Assembly (NCBI GenBank): GCA_016182085.1
Contig: JACOYB010000004.1
Location: 339,923-403,922 of the forward strand
DNA: 64,000 nt
From: Candidatus Magasanikiibacteriota bacterium
GTDB taxonomy: Bacteria; Patescibacteriota; Patescibacteriia; Magasanikbacterales; GWA2-37-8
Reading direction: 5' to 3'
Made by a program: the position numbers and the translations under genes. Under the pieces are notes generated by a model that saw only the letters and a list, made by a program, of their open reading frames with translations, was not told the origin of the DNA and searched no databases. The first letter of the stretch is position 1, and every line of letters starts with the position of its first letter. Of the stretch, positions 18,527-26,551 are shown one piece after another.

Positions 18527-18660
18527 TTAGGGTCCACAACGGGAATCGCAGGGAAAGGGTGAAAACGGAAGTTTTCACTTGCTGAGGAAAGTCCACGAAA
18601 ACCCGAAGGTTTTCGTGAGAGCCCGCTTGCGGGCGAGCGATGCCCTAGTTGGGGCTACAA
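18527..18660 (+). ncRNA. candidate structured RNA / integration-scar segment: three perfect tetraloop hairpins plus a GAGGAAAGUCC motif, ending in a degenerate copy of the tRNA-Glu T-arm and 3' acceptor
   Basis: Hairpins GTGAAAAC-GGAA-GTTTTCAC (18558-18577), CACGAAAACC-CGAA-GGTTTTCGTG (18593-18616) and GCCCGC-TT-GCGGGC (18620-18633); GAGGAAAGTCC at 18584-18594. GTTGGGGCTACAA at 18647-18659 directly repeats the tRNA 3' end at 18477-18489. Confidence 0.35.
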
Positions 18661-18704
18661 CTCCACAAACCGAACACTTCTGGTCGTTTCTGGAGATAAG
18701 TTGA

Positions 18705-18735
18705 TAAAAGCCATCTTAGATGAGATGGCTTTTAT
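18705..18735 (+). terminator. terminator-like hairpin AAAAGCCATCTTAGATGAGATGGCTTTT
   Basis: Perfect 10-bp stem, 8-nt loop, followed by a T-rich tract. Confidence 0.55.
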
Positions 18736-18772
18736 GATTTATCGAAGAACGTCAATTCTATTATATGGCGAT

Positions 18773-18801
18773 CTTGACAAAACGCTCATTTTATGGTATT
18801 A
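18773..18801 (+). promoter_or_regulatory. near-consensus sigma-70 promoter with extended -10 (TTGACA, 17 nt, TGgTATTAT) driving the GC-rich membrane-protein ORF
   Basis: cTTGACAaaacgctcattttaTGgTATTAT, then a CCTCAGC...GCTGAGG leader hairpin and a GGAGG ribosome-binding site 6 nt before the ATG at 18870. Confidence 0.6.
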
Positions 18802-18869
18802 TCGACTGTTTCCTCAGCCTAGCAGCTTTATGGCTTTTAAGCTGAGGAAATCAATCCTCGGAGGTTCCC

Positions 18870-19505
18870 ATGGAAAACGTCTGGGTCGGTATCGTTCTGT
18901 TCGCTCTCGCTGCCACCTGCCTCGCTCTCGTCGAGATCGAGTCGGAGGGCAAGCACGGGTGGGCAGAGAAGTTGCCCACCTGGTACCGCACCAAGGGCCG
19001 ACTGGCGCGGATCTACGCCATCATCATGGCGAAGAAGCCGCTCACCGGCTATCACCTCTGGATGTTCTTCTTCCCGATCTTCTTCTTCCACTTCCAGTTC
19101 GCCTTCGCGTCCTGGTCGCTGGAGAAGGAGCTGCTCACCTGGGCGGTCTATTTCGCCTGGTGTGTGCTGTGGGACTACCACTGGTTCGTCATGAACCCCG
19201 CCTATAAGGGCAGGTTCAAGAAGGACTACGTCTGGTGGCATGCGAAGAGCGCTTGGGTGTTCGACTGGTTTCCGGTCGACTACCTGGTGGGCACGGGCTT
19301 CTCGTTCGTGCTCGCAGCCGGAGCAGCCTTGGTCGCTGGCAACAGCGGCGTGTTGCTCAACCACTTCTATGTGGTGGCGGGTTGGTGGGGCTATACGGCG
19401 ATCCTCAAGATCATCGTGAGTCCATACTACCATCGCTGGCATATCAAGATGCATCATTGGTCGCGTGACCAACGCGACCAAGTCGACATCTTCCACCAGG
19501 ACTAA
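18870..19505 (+). CDS. Trp-rich polytopic membrane protein (211 aa) of unknown function on a roughly 60% GC island
   Basis: Strong GC3 codon bias unlike the host. Four to five hydrophobic segments, W-rich (WDYHWFVMNPAYKGRFKKDYVWWHAKSAWVFDWFPVDY), GGAGG ribosome-binding site. The overlapping antisense ORFs look spurious. Confidence 0.6.
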   Translation: MENVWVGIVLFALAATCLALVEIESEGKHGWAEKLPTWYRTKGRLARIYAIIMAKKPLTGYHLWMFFFPIFFFHFQFAFASWSLEKELLTWAVYFAWCVLWDYHWFVMNPAYKGRFKKDYVWWHAKSAWVFDWFPVDYLVGTGFSFVLAAGAALVAGNSGVLLNHFYVVAGWWGYTAILKIIVSPYYHRWHIKMHHWSRDQRDQVDIFHQD

Positions 19506-19575
19506 ACCCTCACGGACGCGCCACCGCAAGGCGTCTGATGGGACACAAAGAAAGGAGCAGTACTTGCGGTCTCAT

Positions 19576-19609
19576 CAAAAACAACTTTCACCCGAAGGTT
19601 GTTTTTGTT
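19576..19609 (+). terminator. rho-independent terminator after the GC-rich membrane-protein gene
   Basis: AAAAACAACTTTCACCCGAAGGTTGTTTTTGTTT. Confidence 0.65.
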
Positions 19610-19929
19610 TATGTTATATTTGAGAGGTGGTAAGTAAGTAGACAGTAGAGAGGAGTCGTGATATTATGGCGGTAATATTAGTTTTTTATTACTACTTAAT
19701 AACATAGGTCCAAACACCAGCCACCTCTCCTTTATCTCCTGAACTAAGGTGTGCCAGAAAAAAGACAAGTAGGCTACACCAAAAACTAAAAAACCGTTCG
19801 CAAATTCCTCCTGCTTTACCTCTAAGTTAATATTTAGAAATAAAGCAGATGGGCGAACGGTTTTTTGTTTCCCACCTATTTTTTAAAGGTGGGCCGCGAA
19901 TGTACATGGTTCCTCCTGTGAACGGTTGT

Positions 19930-21072
19930 TCAGCGAACGGCGAGGGTGTTCCCGCCGAACTCGATGCCCAGCGGACTGATCACGACCTTCTTCTCGCTGC
20001 TCGCCTCGATGTGGCCGGCGACGTAGGCCTGGAACGGCTGGCCCTGCGCTGCCTCGAGCACCTTGCTCACGTCCTCGGGGGCAACGTAGATCGCGAAGCC
20101 CGCACCCATGTTGAAGGTGCTATAGGCTTCCTTGTCGCTGACCGGTCCGTGCTGCTGGATGAAGCGGAAGATCGGCGACGGGTTGGGCGGCAGCTCGTCG
20201 ATCACGTAGGTGAAGTTGCCCTCCGCGCGCATGAGCTTGCGCCAGCCGTGCCCCGTCACGTTGACGGCGTAGTGGATGTCGATCCCAGTCATCTGGCACG
20301 AACGGATGAGCTCGACATAGATGTGCGTCGGGTCGAGCAGCATCTCGCCGTACGTCTGGCGCATGTTGACCTGGGTGAGGTAGCCGTCCGGAAGCTTCTT
20401 GGCGATCTTGCGCGCGAGCGTGTATCCGTTGGCGTGGACTCCCGAGCTCGTGAACATCACGATGACGTCGCCGTCCTTGATGCGGCCCGGGTTGATGACC
20501 TTCTCCTTGGGTGCGATGATGCCCGTGGCCGAACCCGAGAGGACGGCCGTGAGCGGCAGGACGATACCCTGGAGCGTCGGTGTCTCGCCTCCGCCCCAGA
20601 CGCAGCCGGCCTGGAGGCAGGCGCGCTTCGTCCCCTCAACCAAGTCATGGCAGCGACGGTCGTTCTTGAACCAGTCCGAGTCGCCGACAGCGAGGTGCTG
20701 GGCGTAGGAGACCGGCAGCGCGCCGAGCGTGATCATGTCATTGACTGCCATCGCCACGTTGCACTGGGCAACCTGGTCGTAGAAGGTTCTCGTGCGGCCA
20801 GCGAAGCTGATGCCGTCCACGAGCTGGAGCATGGCGTCGGCCACCAAGTTCTTGGTGCCGAGGCCTTCCTCGACGTGGGCGATGTAGCCCCAGGGCGTCT
20901 CGATGAGGAACGCGCTCTCACCACGGCTCCACCCGACCACCTTGAATCCGAACCGGTCGGCACACCGATCCGTATCCCGGGCGGCAAGCTGCGCCACCCG
21001 CTTGAACGGATCCATGGTGTCGTAGTTAACGCCGGTAGCGGCGTAGGTCAGACCCTTTTTGGAGTCACTCAT
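19930..21072 (-). CDS. purM: PurM-family protein (phosphoribosylformylglycinamidine cyclo-ligase / AIR synthase-like), divergent, about 62% GC
   Basis: Blocks alignable to E. coli PurM: GVNYDTMDPFKR (GVDIDAGNALVER), EGLGTK (DGVGTK), VAMAVNDMITLGALP (VAMCVNDLVVQGAEP), CLQAGCVWGGGET (CLQSGCSLVGGET), DGDVIVMFTSSGVHANGYTLARKI ([24 protein letters not shown]) and YSTFNMGAGFAIYV (YRTFNCGVGMIIAL). The start is taken at MSDSKKG (ATG 21070-21072) because the upstream in-frame extension is AT-rich host-like sequence. The gene is convergent with the membrane-protein ORF. Confidence 0.65.
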   Translation of the reverse strand: MSDSKKGLTYAATGVNYDTMDPFKRVAQLAARDTDRCADRFGFKVVGWSRGESAFLIETPWGYIAHVEEGLGTKNLVADAMLQLVDGISFAGRTRTFYDQVAQCNVAMAVNDMITLGALPVSYAQHLAVGDSDWFKNDRRCHDLVEGTKRACLQAGCVWGGGETPTLQGIVLPLTAVLSGSATGIIAPKEKVINPGRIKDGDVIVMFTSSGVHANGYTLARKIAKKLPDGYLTQVNMRQTYGEMLLDPTHIYVELIRSCQMTGIDIHYAVNVTGHGWRKLMRAEGNFTYVIDELPPNPSPIFRFIQQHGPVSDKEAYSTFNMGAGFAIYVAPEDVSKVLEAAQGQPFQAYVAGHIEASSEKKVVISPLGIEFGGNTLAVR

Positions 21073-21259
21073 TGATGTTTTCTCCCGAAAAGTTGTTGGG
21101 TTTCGTAAGCAAAAACTATCATAAAGGGAGAAATAATTCAAGGGTTTTTAGAAACTGCGTAGTTTGCAATTTTGAATATTTTATTTATTATTTTTGACAT
21201 CCTACAAAAAACCTGTCATTCTAATTTTATCAACAATTGTAGAAAGAAGTGGGGGAACC

Positions 21260-21727
21260 ATGAAACGCACACTGCTGTATCAAATATGGATTCTGTTTTT
21301 GATCTACACCGTGTGGTCTTTGGCCAGTGAGGCAGTGTTTACCGGGGTGGCAGATATAATCCGGGATTATCAGGCGGGTAGACCGTTCAACTCTCATCTG
21401 CCTTGTCGTACCAGTCTTTGGAGTATCCTGGTCTATGGCGTTCCGGCCAGCTTGGGTTTTACTTTCGTTGACAGGCTGGTACCTGGATTCTTCAAGTGGC
21501 ACTGGGCTAAGCGGGGATTCATCTATACCATCGGCACATTTGCCTCTGAATACGCTTGGGGTGATTTTCTGGAATGGCTCACAGGGAGTTGTCCGTGGCA
21601 ATACAGAGATTCGTCAATTGCCCTGCTGCGCTATATCAATCCCGAGTACTTTCTGTTGTGGTTCATGTTCGGCTTTTCTTTGGAGTGGATTAGGGTAAAA
21701 CTCCTTCCAAGGATAATCGGCATCTAG
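21260..21727 (+). CDS. hypothetical polytopic membrane protein (about 156 aa), intermediate GC (about 49%)
   Basis: MKRTLLYQIWILFLIYTVWSLA... with several hydrophobic segments. A GGGGGAA ribosome-binding site precedes the ATG at 21260. The tracker's 21194 start would cross AT-rich intergenic sequence. Confidence 0.5.
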   Translation: MKRTLLYQIWILFLIYTVWSLASEAVFTGVADIIRDYQAGRPFNSHLPCRTSLWSILVYGVPASLGFTFVDRLVPGFFKWHWAKRGFIYTIGTFASEYAWGDFLEWLTGSCPWQYRDSSIALLRYINPEYFLLWFMFGFSLEWIRVKLLPRIIGI

Positions 21728-21756
21728 GCCTAAATCTTGGAATGATAAGGAGCACC

Positions 21757-21793
21757 CCCGCGTATGTTAGTGATACGCGGGTTGTTGTTTTTA
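21757..21793 (+). terminator. rho-independent terminator
   Basis: CCCCCGCGTATGTTAGTGATACGCGGG followed by TTGTTGTTTTT. Confidence 0.7.
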
Positions 21794-21885
21794 TAATTAG
21801 ATTTTATTTTTTAAATAAAGTAATCCATTGACAATTACCTAAAAAATTGTTAGCCTAATTTTTACAAAACCACAAGGAGTTCCTA

Positions 21886-22827
21886 ATGGAAATGGAGCCG
21901 ATCAGCGACTGGGAAGGTCGCATCCTCGGCGGCCGTTACCAGCTCAAAGAGTGGATTCATAAAGGCAGTATGGGCCATGTGTTCAAGGCTTGGGACTGCC
22001 AAAACCAATTCTGGGTGGTAGTTAAGGCTATTGATAAAAAACACGAACTGGTCCAACGGCTAAAACGTGAAGCGGATACGCTCAGGCGTCTCAACGACCC
22101 GCGGATCGTGCGTCTGCTTGACTGTGGGATAGATAAGGATCTTTATTTTCTAGTGTTGGAATACCTGGAAGGTAAAGATTTGGGGATGTGTATTGATACG
22201 CACGATCTCGTCTTGACCCAAGAGTTTTGCATTTCCATAGGGGTGCAAATACTGGAAGGTGTTGAGCCAATGCACACCGCCGGAGTAGTGCATCGCGATA
22301 TCAAACCCGCAAATGTGTTCCTGGTTTCAGGTCAAGTAAAAATTCTTGACTTTGGTTTGGTCAAGCTTGTGAACCGCCCCGGTCCGCGCCGGAGAATGCT
22401 GACCAACTATCCGGTTGTGATTGGTACGCTGGGGTATCTTTCGCCGGAACAAATGCGAGGTGAAGAGGTTGATTGCCGTTCCGATTTGTATGCGTGCGGT
22501 ATTGTGCTCTACGAACTCCTTACGGGCGAGCTGCCTTTTTACAAAACCGGAGAGCTTGAGTATAAGGCGTGGAAAAAAGCTGCGGCGCGAGAATACTGGG
22601 AGCGGCCATTACGTCCGTTTCCAAGCATCTTTCGCGTTCCGAAGCGTGTTCAGGAAGTTGTCTGGAAAGCGCTGGCAGTTGATCCGGCCAATCGTTATCA
22701 GACAGCCCAAGAGATGCGCCTCGCGCTCTTGGCAGCGAGACCGTTCTCGTTTAAGCGGTTTGTGAAGGAGGCTGTTGGAACAATTGGAGGAAAAACCAGA
22801 AATGCTTGGAGGGCAATCTGGTCTTAG
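21886..22827 (+). CDS. Hanks-type Ser/Thr protein kinase (catalytic domain only, 313 aa), about 50% GC
   Basis: GSMGHVF glycine loop, VVVKAI, HRDIKPANVFL catalytic loop, DFGLVK, GTLGYLSPEQ activation segment. Confidence 0.8.
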   Translation: MEMEPISDWEGRILGGRYQLKEWIHKGSMGHVFKAWDCQNQFWVVVKAIDKKHELVQRLKREADTLRRLNDPRIVRLLDCGIDKDLYFLVLEYLEGKDLGMCIDTHDLVLTQEFCISIGVQILEGVEPMHTAGVVHRDIKPANVFLVSGQVKILDFGLVKLVNRPGPRRRMLTNYPVVIGTLGYLSPEQMRGEEVDCRSDLYACGIVLYELLTGELPFYKTGELEYKAWKKAAAREYWERPLRPFPSIFRVPKRVQEVVWKALAVDPANRYQTAQEMRLALLAARPFSFKRFVKEAVGTIGGKTRNAWRAIWS

Positions 22828-22925
22828 TCGTGGCCCCCTGTATCTGCAGGTGGCCTTTGCATTTTAGATTGACCAACAGTACTTTTTTTTGTATACTATT
22901 TTTTCAAAGTTACTACATTAAATCT

Positions 22926-23972
22926 ATGATTTCCGGATTCTGGAAACAACTGAAAAAACCCATTTTTGTACTCGCGCCGATGGCCAATGTGACCGACGCT
23001 GCTTTTCGGCAGATTATTGCCAAATACGGCAAACCCGATGTGATGTTTACCGAATTTGTTTCTTGCGACGGATTAGTATCCCGAGGCAAAGAAAAATTAT
23101 TGGTAGATTTTATGTATACCGAAGCCGAACGCCCGATCGTGGCCCAAATTTTTGGTTCCAAACCGGAAAATTTTTATAAAACAGCTCTCTTAATTCAAGA
23201 GCTTGGTTTTGACGGGATAGATATAAATATGGGTTGTCCGGATAGAAATGTAGAAAAACAAGGTGCCGGCGCTTGCTTGATGAAAAATCCGCTGTTGGCG
23301 CAAGAAATTATAAAAGCTACTCAGCGCGGCGCGGGAAAGCTGCCAGTCTCTGTAAAAACTCGTATCGGTTATAACAAAAATACATTGTCCGATTGGCTGC
23401 CGTATCTGCTTGAAACCGAACTAGCAGCAATTACGGTTCACGCCCGTACCCGAAAAGAAATGTCTCTAGTGCCAGCCAACTGGGAGACAGTGCGTGATGC
23501 CGTAGCAATTCGTGATAAATATGATAGTTCAGAAAACAGGACTTTAATTTTGGGAAACGGCGATGTAAAAAATTTCGCCGAAGCAAATGAAAGAGTAAAA
23601 GAAACAGGTGCTGACGGCGTAATGATCGGCCGCGGTATTTTTGGCAATCCATGGTTGTTCGCCAATTGTCATTCTGAGCGGAGCAAAGCGGAGTCGAAGA
23701 ATCCCTTACACTCGGGTTTAAGGGATCCCTCCATTACAGTCGGGATGACATCGAGTGTTGAAGAAAAATTACGAGTAATGGTAGAACATACATATCTGTT
23801 TGAAAAAATTTTGGGGGAGCATAAAAATTTTGATATCATGAAAAAACATTACAAGGCCTATGTGAATGGTTTTGACGGCGCTAAAGAATTGCGAATCAAG
23901 CTGATGGAAGGCGCGAAAACCGCGGCGGATGTAGAGAAAATTATAACGGAATTCTTACAAAATTTGGATTGA
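22926..23972 (+). CDS. dus: tRNA-dihydrouridine synthase (Dus family) carrying an in-frame palindromic-element insertion
   Basis: FVLAPMANVTDAAFRQII, GIDINMGCP and GRGIFGNPWLF motifs. Start taken at the ATG at 22926 (MISGFWKQ); the tracker's 22806 start is an upstream extension. Residues about 246-275 (ANCHSERSKAESKNPLHSGLRDPSITVGMT) are encoded by a repeat-family copy. Confidence 0.85.
   Translation: MISGFWKQLKKPIFVLAPMANVTDAAFRQIIAKYGKPDVMFTEFVSCDGLVSRGKEKLLVDFMYTEAERPIVAQIFGSKPENFYKTALLIQELGFDGIDINMGCPDRNVEKQGAGACLMKNPLLAQEIIKATQRGAGKLPVSVKTRIGYNKNTLSDWLPYLLETELAAITVHARTRKEMSLVPANWETVRDAVAIRDKYDSSENRTLILGNGDVKNFAEANERVKETGADGVMIGRGIFGNPWLFANCHSERSKAESKNPLHSGLRDPSITVGMTSSVEEKLRVMVEHTYLFEKILGEHKNFDIMKKHYKAYVNGFDGAKELRIKLMEGAKTAADVEKIITEFLQNLD
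23666..23750. repeat. palindromic TGTCATyCyGAG...GGGATGACA element, copy A, inside the dus coding sequence and in frame
   Basis: TTGTCATTCTGAGCGGAGCAAAGCGGAGTCGAAGAATCCCTTACACTCGGGTTTAAGGGATCCCTCCATTACAGTCGGGATGACA. Confidence 0.7.
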
Positions 23973-24013
23973 TTTTTTTGTTTGTTGAGACTACTATAGT
24001 GTATAGTGTCCAA

Positions 24014-24106
24014 TTGTCATTCCGACCAAAGTGGAGGAATCCCTTAAACATAGCTTATTGTAGTAATTAAGTGTAAGGGATCCCTCGGCTACGCTCGGGA
24101 TGACAA
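24014..24106. repeat. palindromic element, copy B (intergenic, overlaps the annotated start of the PLD-family gene)
   Basis: TTGTCATTCCGACCAAAGTGGAGGAATCCCTTAAAC...TAAGGGATCCCTCGGCTACGCTCGGGATGACAA. Confidence 0.7.
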
Positions 24107-25215
24107 ACCATATGGAATTCAGTCATAAATTTTACAACACAACCGCTTTGGCCTGGGAAGGAATGCGCCAAGCAATTTTGGATGCCAAAAGTTCTGTGTA
24201 TTGGGAGATTTTTGCCCTTGTGGATGATTTAGCCGGTAAGCCGTTTATAGACTTGTTGTGCGCCAAGGCTCAGGCTGGACTAGACGTAAAACTTATTACC
24301 GACGCGATCGGCAGTTTTTATTTATCCAAAGATGCTATAAACCGTCTCAAAAAATCCGGTGTTAAATTTTTTATGTTCAACAACCTTCGTCCGGAACTGG
24401 CGTTGCAAAATTGGCTGCGCCGTGTCTGGCATCGCACGCACCGTAAAGTGCTTATTATAGATAGAGAAGTTGTATTTATTGGCGGTGTAAACGTGGCGCA
24501 ATATGCCGCTCTTTGGCATGATTTGCATTTGCGCTTGACCGGTAAAATTGTAATACCAATTTTATTTAGTTTTGCCAAGTCATATATTAAAGCCGGCGGG
24601 GATAAAAAAGATGTGGCCGATTTGCTTCGTCCGAAAATTTTTCCCAACCTCGAAGAAATCAAAGAAAAAATAAATTTTATTTTTCATTCCCCCTGGCGCG
24701 ATACGGTACGCTCGCCGTTTAAAAATTTTTACAAACAAGCGCTGGGTACGGCCAAAGAAAAGTTTAATCTACTCACGCCATACTATGTGCCGGACCGTCA
24801 TTTTTTGGAGTTAGTATCTCAGGCCAAAAAACGAGGCGTGAATGTTAATATTATGATTCCTTGGAGAACCGACGAACGCGTCATGCGTTATTTTGCCTCT
24901 ATGCTGTATGGTGTTTCATCCAAAGCCGGAGCTGTATTTTATTTTTTAAAGAATATGAATCACGGCAAAGCCGTAAGCGTGGATAATAAATTAGGCATGG
25001 TTGGCAGCGCCAATTTAACGCCGCGCAGTTTTTATATTAATCACGAAGCAGGCGTTACATTTTCAGATGAGCACATGGTGGAAGAATTAAATAATATTTT
25101 GGATGATTGGAAAAAAGAAGCTATGCCGCTTTCGGAAATAAACATAGGAAAGAAAGTAGGATGGACAAAGAGATTTAAAGACTGGTGGATGAATAAAATA
25201 CGCGATTATGTCTAA
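24100..25215 (+). CDS. phospholipase D superfamily protein with two HKD motifs (cardiolipin synthase-like)
   Basis: HRKVLIIDREVVFIGGVNV and NHGKAVSVDNKLGMVGSANL fit HxKxxxxD...GSxN twice. The true start may be the ATG at 24112 (MEFSHKF), since 24100-24106 belongs to repeat copy B. Confidence 0.7.
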   Translation: MTNHMEFSHKFYNTTALAWEGMRQAILDAKSSVYWEIFALVDDLAGKPFIDLLCAKAQAGLDVKLITDAIGSFYLSKDAINRLKKSGVKFFMFNNLRPELALQNWLRRVWHRTHRKVLIIDREVVFIGGVNVAQYAALWHDLHLRLTGKIVIPILFSFAKSYIKAGGDKKDVADLLRPKIFPNLEEIKEKINFIFHSPWRDTVRSPFKNFYKQALGTAKEKFNLLTPYYVPDRHFLELVSQAKKRGVNVNIMIPWRTDERVMRYFASMLYGVSSKAGAVFYFLKNMNHGKAVSVDNKLGMVGSANLTPRSFYINHEAGVTFSDEHMVEELNNILDDWKKEAMPLSEINIGKKVGWTKRFKDWWMNKIRDYV

Positions 25216-26449
25216 AAACTTCGGAGCATTTAACATGCCGCTGGCCGAGCGAATGCGCCCTAAAAATTTTAATGAGTTTGTCGGGCAATCAGATATCGTC
25301 GGGCAGGGAAAATTACTAAGAAAGCTGATAGAAAATGATCAGCTTTCTTCTATTATTTTTTGGGGGCCGCCCGGAGTAGGCAAGACAACCCTGGCGCAGA
25401 TTATGGCCGCGCAAACCAAATCTCGGTTTGTTTTGCTCTCCGCGGTTTCAAGTGGTAAGGAAGAATTAATGAAAATAATCAAGGAAGCAAAGAAAGTTTT
25501 GGAAGAACAAAATCAAAAAACTATTTTATTTATAGACGAAATTCATAGGTGGAACAAAGCCCAGCAGGACGCGTTATTGCCAGTGGTAGAAAAGGGGATA
25601 GTAATTCTTATTGGCGCCACCACCGAAAATCCGTCTTTTGAAATTATTGGCGCGCTTCTGTCTCGCTCCCGGGTTTTTATTTTAAAATATTTAAGCGAAG
25701 AAGATGTTGTCGCGATTATTAAAAATGCGTTAAAAGATAAAGAAAACGGTTTAGGAAATTTGAAAATCAATATAGAAAAGAAAACGATTGAACTTCTGGC
25801 TGAACTTGCCGGAGGGGATGCTAGAACCGCTTTAAATGGTTTGGAGTTGGCTGTAAAGGCTAAAGGCAGCAATAAAATAATTACTATTTCAAACGAAGAT
25901 ATAAAAGAAGCGTTGCAGCGCACGCATTTGGTCTTTGATAAACAAGGCGAGGAATTTTATAATCTAATTTCCGCGCTGCATAAATCCATGCGGGGTTCCA
26001 ATGCCGACGCGGCTTTGTATTGGCTGGCGCGCATGCTGGAGGGTGGGGCGGATCCGTTATATATTGCCCGCCGCGTAGTGCGGTTTGCCAGTGAAGATAT
26101 TGGCATGGCCAACAGCGAAGCCTTGGTGCAGGCAAATGCTGCTTTTGAAGCGTGTGATAGGCTGGGAATGCCCGAATGCAGTGTGCATTTGGCTCAGGCG
26201 GTGGTCTATTGCGCCAAATCTACTAAATCTAATTTGTTGTATCGGGCCTATGGAGAGGCGGCTAAAGACGCGCGAAACACATCGCATTTGGGCGTGCCAA
26301 TTCACTTGCGCAATGCGCCAACCAAATTTATGAAAAGTATCGGCTATGGCAAAGATTATAAATATTCTCCGGATTTTGATTATAAAGAGAGTCAGGATTA
26401 TCTTCCGCCGGAGTTAAAAGAAAAGAAGTATTTAACCAAAAATTCATAG
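25208..26449 (+). CDS. rarA: replication-associated recombination protein A (AAA+ ATPase RarA/MgsA)
   Basis: FVGQSDIVGQGKLLRKLIENDQLSSIIFWGPPGVGKTTLA Walker A, the IDEIHRWNKAQQDALLP sensor region, and a C-terminal MgsA helical domain. Overlaps the upstream gene by 8 nt. Confidence 0.85.
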   Translation: MSKNFGAFNMPLAERMRPKNFNEFVGQSDIVGQGKLLRKLIENDQLSSIIFWGPPGVGKTTLAQIMAAQTKSRFVLLSAVSSGKEELMKIIKEAKKVLEEQNQKTILFIDEIHRWNKAQQDALLPVVEKGIVILIGATTENPSFEIIGALLSRSRVFILKYLSEEDVVAIIKNALKDKENGLGNLKINIEKKTIELLAELAGGDARTALNGLELAVKAKGSNKIITISNEDIKEALQRTHLVFDKQGEEFYNLISALHKSMRGSNADAALYWLARMLEGGADPLYIARRVVRFASEDIGMANSEALVQANAAFEACDRLGMPECSVHLAQAVVYCAKSTKSNLLYRAYGEAAKDARNTSHLGVPIHLRNAPTKFMKSIGYGKDYKYSPDFDYKESQDYLPPELKEKKYLTKNS

Positions 26450-26551
26450 CTATCTTGACAATAGTTTATTTAGTGTCATAGTATACTGCGTTGTCAGACA
26501 AAGCTCAGAGATCCACAGACCCGGGTTCAATCCGGGAGAAGAGAGTTTGTC

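Noticed and set aside
18527-18660. Calling this segment a minimal RNase P RNA because of GAGGAAAGUCC and a P12-like CCCGC-loop-GCGGG helix
   Set aside because: Only about 130 nt, and it lacks CR-II/III (GGUAAGGGUGAAA...), the P4 3' strand (ACAGAAnCCGGCUUA) and any P1 pairing. The motif match alone is insufficient.
18701-21075. Long ORFs antisense to or overlapping the GC-rich genes (18701-19207 +, 18837-19529 -, 19235-19468 +, 19849-21075 +, 20399-20707 +)
   Set aside because: Same GC-driven artefact. The 19849-21075 frame is the exact antisense of the PurM-like gene, which has clear family motifs.
22806-22925. Tracker's N-terminal extension of dus (start at 22806) and of the GT4 gene (51885) and PurM gene (21141)
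   Set aside because: The extensions run through AT-rich intergenic sequence or overlap the previous gene. Internal ATGs at 22926, 51966 and 21072 coincide with the conserved protein N-termini.
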